Below, one piece after another: positions 12,580 to 25,499 of a DNA stretch of 64,000 bases (position 1 is its first letter; each line of letters starts with the position of its first letter). The DNA lies in contig OZ024742.1 of NCBI GenBank assembly GCA_964016885.1, positions 215,016,001 through 215,080,000 of the forward strand, given 5' to 3'. The DNA is from Eledone cirrhosa. Taxonomy: Eukaryota. The position numbers and the translations under genes were made by a program. Below the pieces are notes generated by a model. The model searched no databases, was not told the DNA's origin, and saw only the letters and a list, made by a program, of their open reading frames with translations.

Positions 12580-13843
12580 GGGGATTCCTTTCTTCGTTTC
12601 TGTGCCTCTCCTTTGTTCTGTCCTGTGCCATTTTGTTTCTGTGTGTGTGTTGTGTGCTCAGTCTGCGCATGCGCCACATCCGGGTGTCTGTGTGTGTTTA
12701 TGTTCATTTATTTATTTGTTTATTTACATGTTACTGGTTGGTTGGTTGTTCTATGTGTGTGTGTTTTCATTTTGTCCTTAATTGTAAGTTGTGATGTTGC
12801 TGTTCCACTCATATTTTCTATTTAATTTTGGTTGTAATTCTTTTATATTTATTGCCTCTGTAATTTGTCTAAACATTGCATCTTTTATGTGTGTAGATTC
12901 TATTTTTATTTCTATGTTCTCTAATTTACCATTGTGTTCTATTTTAGCATGTTGGTAGAGTACAAATGATTCTTTACTATCTTGAAGGTCTCGCCAGTGT
13001 TCATTTATCCGTTCCCCTACACTACGAGCTGTCTCACCTATGTACACTATATTTTTGTCTCTACATTGTCCTTCAGTACATCTTATGCTATACACTACAT
13101 TTGGGGGCTTATTTTACAGGTTATACATTTCTTATCTATACATGACGGTCTTTGAAAAGGGTATGTCTTGCTAATAAGTGTTTTTACCGAGGTACCTGGT
13201 CTTTCTACTATCTTAATATTGAGTTTATGTTTATTTAGGGCCCTTCTAAATTTGTAAGCTAATTCACCTCTAGGGTTGTATCGATGAACATTACACTCTG
13301 GTATTTATTGCTATCATACCATGAGTTTATTCTATTAGCCTTGTTTTTAGTTCTTTCTATTCTATTCCAAAATTTGCTCCTATACAAGGGGCAGGTCCCA
13401 TTTATGTCATTATTTACCATTTTTTTCCCATTTGGTTCTGGCTCCTCTATACACTCTGATTTTATCTCTCTGATTGTAGCCAGAGAACTGCATACGGTGG
13501 ATGAAGTGTTGTATGTCTCTCTCTAATTCTTCGGGGTTGCACATGCGGGACACATTTCTCATCACCCGTACCAAATCCGCAATCAGTATGTTGATTTTGG
13601 TATGGTCCGAAACGGTCGAGTTTCGGTGGATCAGATGTTTGGAAGTCATGGGTTTGGCATAATGGGAATGGAGGATTTGTTTTTTGTTGTTAATGGTATC
13701 TAACCAGAGCTCTGTGTCTAGTACAGGTAATCGATGGCTGGGGTGTTTACTTGGGTAGTCTATAGTAATTCTAATGCTCTGGTGGATGGAGTTTGCTATT
13801 TACTGGATGCCATTGTGTTTTTCTCTAGTTCCTGACTGTGCAT
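12535..13843 (-). mobile_element. 5'-truncated Penelope-like element (RT thumb + GIY-YIG), decayed
   Basis: LPVLD..HYAKP..KINILIADLVRVMRN and VYSIRC..YIGETARSVGERINEH..EAI..LN motifs; hammerhead downstream. Confidence 0.85.
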
Positions 13844-14250
13844 CGGAAATCTAATACATGTATTAACTTGCTCAGGTTGTCGAGAACAATACATAGGCCA
13901 GACCAAAAACAGCCTCCGCCAACGCATGACTGTCCATAGATCCCAAATTAAAATACGGGAATACAGGAAAATACCACTGAGTGAACACATTGATACCTGT
14001 GCCGCCAAAATCATCCCAACTTCAGAATCTTTCCCCTCTACAAATTTAAAGATAATGCCACCCACACCCAGCGCATCAGCAAGGAATCTTACTTCATTAA
14101 CAAATACGGACCCCGTCTAAACACTTCTCCCTAAGACGAACCCACAACATACACACGTCAACATACATACCTACATCAGCACACATCTCTACCCACATAT
14201 AAACACAATGACATACGTAAACACACATGCTCTATGGTGCAACACAAAAA
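13844..14250 (+). mobile_element. PLE 3' fragment (GIY-YIG endonuclease end)
   Basis: NLIHVLTCSGCREQYIGQTKNSLRQRMTVHRSQI; second copy at 22330-22745. Confidence 0.8.
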
Positions 14251-14276
14251 AATATATGTGTATATATATATAGATA

Positions 14277-14394
<118 letters not shown>

Positions 14395-14542
14395 ATATAT
14401 GTATGTGTATGTATATATAGTGAATATCATTTCACACCTTTTATTGTTAAGATTTTTGATGTTCTATTTAGAGAACCGATTTTACTGAAAAAATCGAATA
14501 ATGTACACCATTTTACCAGGGGGAAAAAATACTGGTCCACCG

Positions 14543-14581
<39 letters not shown>

Positions 14582-14762
14582 CACACACACACATACACAC
14601 GCGTACATTAACATACAAAGAGACTTATACACACACACACACACACATGCACTTCTCCGTATAAGACAAAAGCTGAAAAATATATTTTGACATGCTAAAA
14701 TACCCCCCATTGCTTTCAGACACATTCTTACTGACCATCCCTGCTACCACGAATTACTCTGC

Positions 14763-14831
<69 letters not shown>

Positions 14832-14944
14832 ATCTTAATAGCCATTTGACACACATCCCTGCTAACCATTATCACAACATCGAACACCTTACTACTACTA
14901 CACACACACACACACATATTTGTTGTGAAAGAGTAATTTCTCAA

Positions 14945-15450
14945 TCTTGGCGCAAAACCAATTTCTTATTCACATGACCTCTACCGACCAATCAAAATAG
15001 TTTTGACCACAAGAATTTTTGCAAACACCAAGTAGCGCTGGAGCCACTTGTTTAACATAAAAACAGTCTTGGCGCAAAATCAATTTTTTACATTCACATG
15101 ACCTCTACCGACCAATCAAAATTGTTTTGACCACGAGAATTTTTGCAACACCAAAGTAACGCTGGAGCCACTTTTTTAACATAAAAACAGGTAGAATTCC
15201 CAAAACTAATCAGATCAGAGCAAACAGCACGGACACTCTATCTCAAAATTATTTTTGAAAAGCATTTAGAAATGCGCAACCGGTAAAAACTTAAAAACTT
15301 AAAACCACAACTGAATACTAACCCATACAATCACTAATACTCTTTTATTCCTAATTAAACCATTTTTCAACTGTGAACAATTTGTCAGCATTTTCTATTC
15401 CGTTTACCAATATATAATAACTTGTGTGTTACACCTCTATACTTTTAACT
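14945..15450. repeat. Interspersed repeat with internal ~122-bp tandem duplication
   Basis: tcttggcgcaaa..aacataaaaacag twice; related reverse-orientation copies at 28905-29143 and 52860-53225. Confidence 0.75.
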
Positions 15451-15605
15451 ATATATATATATATGTGAGAAAAACCACAGACCCTCCATCTCAACTCACC
15501 TTTTGAAAAGCAGAAGAACTGCGAAACCGGTAAAGGAACCAAATAAATATATATATATTTTTTTTAAATAAGACATCAGTTGCATTTTCGATTTCAACTC
15601 TTTTT

Positions 15606-15661
<56 letters not shown>

Positions 15662-15869
15662 ATAATAATAAAATTGAAGACTAAAATCCAAAGAGGGCTC
15701 GATAAGGAAAATATATATCAAATATATAAGAACCGTAGAGCAAATATTTATTAAAATAACAGATTAAAGTTTAAGCAAAGAATCGCTGCTTTCACCCTTA
15801 ACGGGATCTTCTGAAACTAACAAAGTCAATTTGTAAACGCAGAACTGGATATTTCAAAAAACGTTGCAA

Positions 15870-16242
15870 TATATATATATATACAGGCACACATATATAT
15901 ATGCACGTATCAGTTTACCGAACATTTATTATAATTTTCGCTTTGTTCGTTTGTAAACAAATGAACAGCCTGATTTACGCCGTACAGTGTTCAGGCAAGC
16001 ACGTCACCTTTTTTTTTTGTTCAACACTGACACAGGAACGATGTACTAGTTTCAAGCTTGTTAGCTACCTTCAGCACCGTATACCTTTCTGCCAGATGTG
16101 TCAGTGTTGAACAAAAAGGTGACGTGTTTGCCTGAACACTGTACAGCGTAAATCAGGCTGTTCGTTTGTTTACAAACGAACAAAGCGAACATTATAATAA
16201 ATGTTCGGTAAACTGATACGTGCATATATATATGTGTGCCTG

Positions 16243-16250
<8 letters not shown>
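15870..16250. mobile_element. Fold-back mini-element: ~150-bp inverted arms around a hammerhead-containing loop
   Basis: 15880-16033 is the reverse complement of 16097-16250; (TA)n on both sides. Confidence 0.85.
16038..16080 (-). ncRNA. Minimal type I hammerhead (A9G variant)
   Basis: acggtg CTGAAGG tagc taacaa gctt GAAA ctag TA catcgt; palindromic stem III ACTAGT. Confidence 0.65.
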
Positions 16251-16289
<39 letters not shown>

Positions 16290-16352
16290 GCTACTGTACG
16301 TCTGTATACGTATATGTATGTACGTATACATACATACTTACATATATATATA

Positions 16353-18980
16353 TAGAAAAGATGAATATAAAATGAAAGTGCTATTATAAAGGATTTTTTT
16401 AGGTATTGACATATGTTTCTGTAACAGACGGAATACCTATGTATCGCTGCTTGCGTAATCATATAATGTTAGCAAGTATTCGATAGCAAATGTATAATCA
16501 GATGTCACTTCTTCAGAGATATTGGATACATTGGAAACATCAGAAAAAGTATTTATATTAGTTGTAAGAAAGGAAGAAGAGAGGGGATAGTATATGACAG
16601 ATTGCAATTCATTTCCTGGTAAACAAGTATATAGAAAAGTTTTAATGAGAATACAATGAGTATATGGCTTATTTCATCTAAATGAGAATTTTGGAGTGTG
16701 CCTATTTTAATCTATATTTGACCAATTGAACAATGGACAGGGCTGGTCGTTTGGTGTAGTAGTATTAACACAGATATAAAGTGTCAATTAAGAAAGAGGG
16801 AGATTTTCACAGCTACTATATAACAACAATGCTGGTAGCCTGCTGGAATATTTCTTTAGGGAATTGAATTAAGAAATCTCATTTTATCTATAGCAGTTTA
16901 TATTAAATGGTAAAGAATAGAAGAGTTGATAGAATTAAGACTAATAGAGAATGTTAATATGTATTTTGACAATCAAACGGAGATGGAGCCAGGCGTTCAA
17001 TCCTGGTAGCGTTTGTAATATGAAAATGTAGATTTCAAGCGATTGTTATAGTATAACGATCGCTCTATTCTGTTATTTAATAACAGATTTTTGGATTTTA
17101 TAATACAAAATAATTCCATATTACCCAATTTACAAAATTCCTATCCTTGAATGATGCAGGGGCAGACACTATTATATCCCATTTTAGGTTAAATTGTTGG
17201 TTATTTTCGCGCAGCTGCCAAGCCTTGTCTGCCAGTGTTGTTACATAACGCTGCTTTTCATGTTTTATCGAGTAACGATGTCTATAAAGGCGAGATTTGA
17301 AGGAGGTAGCTGTAGATCCCACATAGTACCACTTCTGGCTACCCGATTCGATAGTATATTTGTATATGATGTTGCGTTCAAGATACTGATTGTTCAGCGG
17401 ACACATTCCTGGTTGGACACAGTTACAGTTATAATTTGCGTTGTTGTATTAGCATGGATGGGTTGATGCGGTTGCATATGCAGGACGGGATGTTGTTTGT
17501 TGTTTTGTGATGTTATAGCCGATGTTTTACGTGTATTTTTATGTGTTGGAAGGCGTTTATACAACCGTTTTGCGTTAAGCTTTTTTATATGTTGTTCAAT
17601 ATTAGGGGCGGTTGAATATGAAAGTCGAATAGTGTTAGGGTTTAAGATTTTATTATATTTATGTGATGTTGGAAAGTGTTTTTTTAACTAATCGAAAGAA
17701 TTGTGAGGGTAGATTGGTTTTAATAGAGTTGTTATAGACCGAGTTGTACCCTATATTCTCTTTACATCGCCTTCTGTTTGGTGGTGTGCCACTATTAGTG
17801 TGTCTATTGCGGTAGTGTATGTATGGTGGTGATTCTATGCTATTTCTACCTCTATGAGATTTATTTTGGGTGTTTTGGTGATCGTCGACTATATACTCTA
17901 TATTATCTAGGTGTCCAGCCTTCCTAGGTGCATCATCATAATATTCGGCATGTTCTTTGAAGGTTTGCTGGTTGGACGACAGGCGGGAGATTCTAAGGGA
18001 AATATTTCTAGGGATGGATTTAATTATAGAGGGTGGATGGTTAGAACCCGTATTTACATATTTAAGGTTCTCATTTAGTTTATGGAACGGTTTAATCGTT
18101 TCTGTATTGAGATTCAAAGTAACAACAAGGAAATTAACCTCTTTGAGGTTATATTCAAACGTAATATTTAATCCTAGTTCCTTAAAAAGATTTCTAATAT
18201 TTTTACGCATCCTGTCTAAATTCTGGTTATTCATATGATTAACTAATAGGAGCGCATCGTCACGGTAGAGTCCACCGTGGAGATCCTTGAATTGTTCTTG
18301 TAGTCTGTGGGTGATATAAATGCCCACAAGATCAGTTACTTCCGCCGAATCATTGGAACCCATGGTTATATCAAAATTAGAAGGTCTATCTTTGCGAACC
18401 CAGTAGCTATCATCAAATTTAACAATAGTTTTCCTCGCTTCCATAATAATACTAATTTCATCATCCGTAAGGTCGGAATTAGCCTTAGCGAACGAAAGAG
18501 CTTCAAGCAGAGAATCAGATGAGATTGAGGAATAATACTCATCAATATCGAACTGAATAAATTTTGATTTCTTTTTAACAGTAATGCTATTAAACCATTT
18601 TATTGCCTCATGGGTGTTACTCCATAGTTTAATATCTACTTTAGCCTTAACTTGGGGGATAATTCTGTATAGTATATATTTGCTAATTTTGCCTGTCTCA
18701 GATTTAGAGGGCCATATAAGTCTAATTTTAGGGTCAGTATCGAAGTTTACTTTGTGGTCCTTCAGGTTGAAGGATGGTGTAGCTGGTGTTAAGGGTTGCG
18801 TTCTATCGTCAATACAAAGTTTTTAACAATTTCACATGCCGAGTTGTTGATGTTTTTCAGTGTAGCTTCATTAGTTTTCTTGTATTTTTTATGCAATTCC
18901 TTACGGATGAAGTTATTGTAAGTGTCCACATCCATGGTATATACGTTTGATGTTTTGTCTTCTCTAACAATAATTCCATT
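16353..18980 (-). mobile_element. 5'-truncated Naiad-type Penelope-like element, decayed
   Basis: DKT, FNLKDHK, FDIDEYYSSI, FDITMGSNDSAEVTDLVG, GGLYRDD, SNHPP, CNC..CPL..C and YVGSTATSFKSR motifs; stops and frameshifts; homologous to the 820-aa ORF. Confidence 0.9.
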
Positions 18981-18983
18981 TGC

Positions 18984-20681
18984 GTTCTAACCATACACCC
19001 TCTATAATTAAATCCATCCCTAGAAATATTTCCCTTAGAATCTCCCGCCTGTCGTCCAACCAGCAAACCTTCAAAGAACATGCCGGATATTATGATGATG
19101 CACTTACGAAGGCTGGACACCTAGATAATATAGAGTATATAGTCGACGATCACCAAAACACCCAGAATAAATCTCATAGAGGTAGAAATAGCATAGAATC
19201 ACCACCACACATACACTACCGCAATAGACACACTAATAGTCGCACACCACCAAACAGAAGGCAATGTAAAGAGTATATATGGTACAACCCGGTCTATAAC
19301 AACTATATTAAAACTAATCTACCCTCATAATTCTTTCGATTAGTTAAAAAACACTTTCCAACATCACATAAATATAATAAAATCTTAAACCCTAACACTA
19401 TTCGACTTTTATATTCAACCGCCCCTAATATTGAACAACATATAAAAAAGCTTAACGCAAAACGGTTGTATAAACGCCTTCCAACACATAACAATACACG
19501 TAAAACATCGGCTATAACATCACAAAACAACAAACAACACCCGTCCTGCATATGCAACCTCATCAACCCATCCATGCTAATACAACAACGCAAAATTATA
19601 ACTGTAACTGTGTCCAACCAGGAATGTGTCCGTTGAACAATCAGTGTCTTGAACGCAACATCATATACAAATGTACTATCGAATCGGGTAGCCAGAAGTG
19701 GTACTATGTGGGATCTACAGCTACCTCCTTCAAATCTCGCCTTTATAGACATCGTTACTCGATAAAACATGAAAACCAGCGTTATGTAACAACGCTCGCA
19801 GACAAGGCTTGGCAGCTGCGCGAAAATAACCAACAATTTAACCTAAAATGGGATATAATAGTGTCTGCCCCTGCATCATTTCAAGAACAGGAATTTTGTA
19901 AATTGTGTATATGGAATTATTTTGTATTATAAAATCCAAAAATATTTTATTAAATAACAGAATAGAACGATCGTTATACTGTAACCATCGCTTGAAATCT
20001 AAATTTTCATATTACAAACGCTACCAGGATTGAACGCCTATCTCCACCTCCGTTTGATTGTCAAAATACATATTAACATTCTCTATTAGTCTTAATTCTA
20101 TCAACTCTTCTATTATTTACTATTTAATATAAACTTCTATAGATAAAATGAGATTTCTTAATTCAATTCCCTAATGCTTATACCAGTAGGCTACCAGCAT
20201 TGTTGTTATACAGTAGCAGTGATAACCTCCCTCTTCCTTAATTGACACTTTATATCTGTGTTAATACTACTACATCAAACGACCAGCCCTGTCCATTTTT
20301 CAATTGGTCAAATATAGATTAAAATAGGCAACCCCAAAATTCTTATTTAGATAAAATAAGCCATATACTCATTGTATTCTCATTAAAAACCTTCTATATA
20401 CTTGTTTACCAGAAAATGAATTGCCATCTGTCATATACTATCCCCTCTCTTCTTCCTTTCTTACAACTAATATAAATACTTCAATTTTTTTGATTTTTTC
20501 CAATGTATCCAATATCGCTGAAAAAGTGACATCTGATTATACATTTGCTATCGAATACTTGCTAACATTATATGATTACGCAAGCAGCGATACATAGGTA
20601 TTCCGTATGTTACAGAAACATATGTCAATACCTAATAAATTCCTTTATAAAAGCACTTTCATTTTATATTCATCTTTTCTA
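18984..20681 (+). mobile_element. Inverted copy of the 3' 1.7 kb of the same element
   Basis: Reverse complement of 16353-18047 with scattered substitutions. Confidence 0.92.
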
Positions 20682-20782
20682 CATTTTCTCCGGAATATAA
20701 TTTATACTCGTTGAGCAAACCTACACGTACGCTGTTCATCTCTAACGTGACGATATATTATCACTACATTATTGATAACTTG

Positions 20783-20899
<117 letters not shown>

Positions 20900-21404
20900 T
20901 ATATACACATATATATTTAATTCGATTTGGAATTTGTTTTCCAATATTTCTTATCTAACAACGCACGCTAAAACAGATATTGTTATACTTTGGGAGCATC
21001 ATGTTGCCAATAAGAACACGCGCATCTGTTTGTTTTCATTTCAATTTATTAGCTTTATAATAATATTCTACAGAAAATTCTATGAGCTACTCACGTCTAT
21101 TTGTACAATATTACATCACTTCCATTGCTGTCCCATTTTATTTACTCGGAGGGTAAACTAAAATAATCTTCACTACACATACCGTAATTGGTTCTTTAAA
21201 ACCAGTACAAGATCGTTCAGTGTTATATATATATATATGTCCGGGCTCAATCGAGGGCAACCACAGTAAGTAAGGTACTCAATACATTAGCAGTGTATAT
21301 ATAAAATGTAATATAGAAATGGATTCTACAGGACTAGAATTGTTTCGGTAGGGTAGTAGAAAATCATCAGATTACTGTTTATATATATAGGAAAAGGGCC
21401 AGCA

Positions 21405-21643
<239 letters not shown>

Positions 21644-21757
21644 TTAGTTATGCAAAGATAAGACCACATATTTCACAAGGAAGACATTAATTAAAGAAAG
21701 TCAACATAGTTTCAGTTTATGTGAGGAATAAGGAGTGTAATTATAATTTAATGTAAG

Positions 21758-22093
<336 letters not shown>

Positions 22094-22255
22094 GTCGTTA
22101 TAATAATGAGTGTAATTATAATTTAATGTAAGGAATGTTAATAATGATAATAATAATATCCGTTTACCATTATTTCGCTACACCATATAATGTTTCTGGA
22201 TCAAGTCATTAAAGATATATCCATATCTCCTTTTAAGATTGGTTTACTCTTGAAC

Positions 22256-22326
<71 letters not shown>

Positions 22327-22329
22327 TCA

Positions 22330-22745
22330 GTAAATCTAATATATGTATTAACTTGCTCAGGTTGTCGAGAACAATACATAGGCCAGACTAAAAACAGCCT
22401 CCGCCAACGCGTGACTGTTCAATGATCCCAAATTAAAATACGGGAATACAGAAAAATACAACTGAATGAACACATTGATACCTGTGCCGCCCAAAATCAT
22501 CCCAACTTTAGAATCTTTCCCCTCTACAAACTTAAAGATAATGCCACCAACACCCAGCGCATCAGCAAGGAATCTCACTTTATTAAAAAATACGGACCCC
22601 ATCTAAACACTTCTCCCTAAGACGAACCCACAACATACACACGTCAACATACAAACCTACATCAGCATAAATCCTACATACATTTCTATCCACATATAAA
22701 CACAATGACATGCGTAAACACACATGTTCTATGGTGCAACACAAA
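22330..22745 (+). mobile_element. PLE GIY-YIG 3' fragment (paralog of 13844-14250)
   Basis: NLIYVLTCSGCREQYIGQTKNSLRQR. Confidence 0.8.
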
Positions 22746-22861
22746 TATACACAGATTTGAATACCTTTTGATGTTTATATAACGAAGGAAATGTGGTTAG
22801 AACCAGGTGGAACATAACGCACCAAAGTACTCAATACTTAGGGTAGTAGAGTGGGTAATAG

Positions 22862-22982
22862 GAACGAGTAGGACCCCGACTGCTGAGCTCAAGCCGTTTC
22901 GACGGCTAATTCTGGACTAAAATATTTTAGTCCAGAATTAGCCGTCGAAACGGCTTGAGCTCAGCTGTCGGGGTCCTACTCG

Positions 22983-22985
<3 letters not shown>
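22862..22985. repeat. 124-bp palindrome with one mismatch
   Basis: gaacgagtagg...aaaat|atttt...cctactcgttc, centre 22923/22924. Confidence 0.95.
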
Positions 22986-23031
<46 letters not shown>

Positions 23032-23036
<5 letters not shown>

Positions 23037-23371
23037 GTAGTTTAGAAATCCACAACAATGCAGATGGGAAATCTCGAGGTAGGAAGTGAGTGAGAAATAG
23101 TTGAAAAGTGAAAATTGAGAGAAATAAAAATAAAAAAAACGAAAACAAAACAAAACAAAGGTAGAAGGGTTACCGTAGTGGAGATTTAATCCCAATATTT
23201 CGGGCTCACGCCCATCAACGGGGGGAAAGTTCCAAAAGGGGGGGAACAGGCTAAGCCGGAGAAAGTTGTATTATCGTTAAAACATAGGAATGCCGTTATT
23301 TCCTATTTCTCACTCACTTCCTACCTCGAGATTTCCCATCTGCATTGTTGTGGCTTTCTAAACTACATATT
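23032..23371. mobile_element. Fold-back mini-element: 69-bp inverted arms, degenerate hammerhead in the spacer (23188-23226, minus)
   Basis: 23032-23100 is the reverse complement of 23303-23371; spacer minus strand cccc gttgat gggc gtga gccc GAAA tatt gggat is about two substitutions from a CTGATGA core. Confidence 0.7.
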
Positions 23372-24091
23372 TTACTTATTTCACAATGCTTCAAGCAAAC
23401 TTTAACACCCTCATATATATATAAATGAAGTATTTCCGTTAGAAAGGTACAGGAAAAATGAGTGCTCTATGTAGACTACAGAGCTTATTAGTTATGTAAT
23501 AAACAACATAATATGATTATTTCATTCACCAGTCGTTTCTTGAAGGCAGATGTTATGTATGTCTTGAGTCGTCAGAATGAATAAATAATATGGTGTTTTT
23601 ATTAAATATGGATTTGAAAACAAAAATTAGGAAATATGAAAGTGAGGGTGAAAAAATTGGCAAAAAGGAATTAGGGGGAAAACATATATAAATAAATATC
23701 CAGAACATAAACATAGACACACTCATCCACGCGCATATACGTAATAGTACGTAGACGTATACTTTCTCACATAAGCGTCTTTGCGTCTACATGGAAATAC
23801 GAATAGGCATATAAATACTTACACATACATATACACAAATATATATGCACTCAAATATGTACACTCAAATACACACACATATATAAAAAAGAGGGTATAC
23901 ACACACATATATACATACAAACATAAAAACACAAAAAAAGAAAAAGCTCTATACATACGCGCACGTGTATATACACACATATATATATGTACATACATAC
24001 ACATGTACACATACATCCCCATACACACACATATACATGCATACACACACATACATACATACATACATACACACACATATATATATATACT

Positions 24092-24550
24092 TGCAGTGAC
24101 GTGGTTAGTCGGTCTGGTCACTACTTCTGATAGAATCTGAGAATAGCCCTTAAAAGGACTGTTATCGCATACGGTGAGGATGAACAGACGAAAGAAGAAG
24201 TTGAAAGGACGAGTAGGCAAGAGATGTAGTTTCGTTCAAAGATTTATTCCATACATGAAGCGACAATAATACAGAGGGCCAAGGCGTGTGTGAGTGACAA
24301 GTGTGGCAGAAGAAAGAAACAGCAATACGGAGCTGCCTCTGCCAAAGGTCGACTGGTGAAAGTGTTTGGAACCACTCTATTTATACAAAAATTATCGTCT
24401 GATGTTTAGCCGTTGCGTAGGCGTTTCATTCTGGTGGCTTAAGGGTTGTTTGTTTCACTGGGGTGAGGTAGATAGATAAGCAGATAGAAGAGTTATTTAT
24501 TTCACTGGTAAGTTAATTTCACTGGTAATGTTATTTCCGATGGCTGTACA
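24092..24550 (-). repeat. 3' LTR (inner boundary approximate)
   Basis: Aligns with 28299-28749; plus strand starts tgcagtg; no clear PPT seen. Confidence 0.75.
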
Positions 24551-25499
24551 TACATACATGCCAGATTTTTTGTACAACAAAAGTGCGAAACACCGTATAG
24601 TAATGAGTCAGTGGTGCATTTGTCATGACAATAGCCCAAGGAGTGTCCAGAACGTTGTAAAATTTGGTGATCATAGAATACAGGACAGAGTCGACGTAGA
24701 GATGAGATGTTAAGATGTGTGAGTCAGGAAGAAAGAAAACAAATAAACTATAAAATGACTTTGACCAGATTTATGCAGGCGTGATGAACGAGCCTTTTGC
24801 ATTTGGATTGAGCTGCCTGTGAATTGCGTGACAAAAAGTCTAACAGAGCAGTGAAAATAACCGTAATGGGTGAAATGAATGGCCGTAAGCATGTTGCTTA
24901 AAAGTAACAGTTTACTCCAAAGCATATGACTTGAGCGAATGCATGTGGTAAAAAAATAGTGAGGCATTCTCGAGCTATTGCGTGTATATGTACGTAAAAA
25001 AGAAGGCCAGTGTTTTGAGGATGCGATTTGTGAAATGCGTGATCAAAGAGAAAACATTTTGTAGTGTAACAGTTAGAGGGACAAAATATCTATTGCTCAG
25101 TGTGTGAACCCAAAGGTGAAACAAACGTGGTTGTGTAGTCTGCACGAAAATTAGAATATGCACACGCCTTGTATGTATATAAATATTATGGCAATTACAC
25201 AATTAATATTGCAGAACATGGAAAATAAAGAAATTTTTTACAAAACAAGAAGAAAAAAAAAATGCTATACACAATGCTATACACAATGGTTGTTCTTAAA
25301 TAGTGTTTGTAATAGATAATGTTCATAATAAATAATGTTCTTCGTGACATGAGCACATGGTAACTAACAATTGCAATTGTTCAAGCAGAAAGTTCATTGT
25401 ATTCGAAACTGGAAATAGTAAACACAAGGAAAATGGAAATGTTTTGCAAGAGAATGATTAAGAAACTCCCTTGAGGTTAACGGTAATTCACATGTTGTG

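Noticed and set aside
16470-16525. CTGAAGA in the Naiad 3' UTR (also at ~30420) as a hammerhead
   Set aside because: No properly placed stem II plus GAAA
21325-21376. CTGATGA...GAAA on the minus strand (related sequence at 62435-62490)
   Set aside because: Stems I and II do not pair
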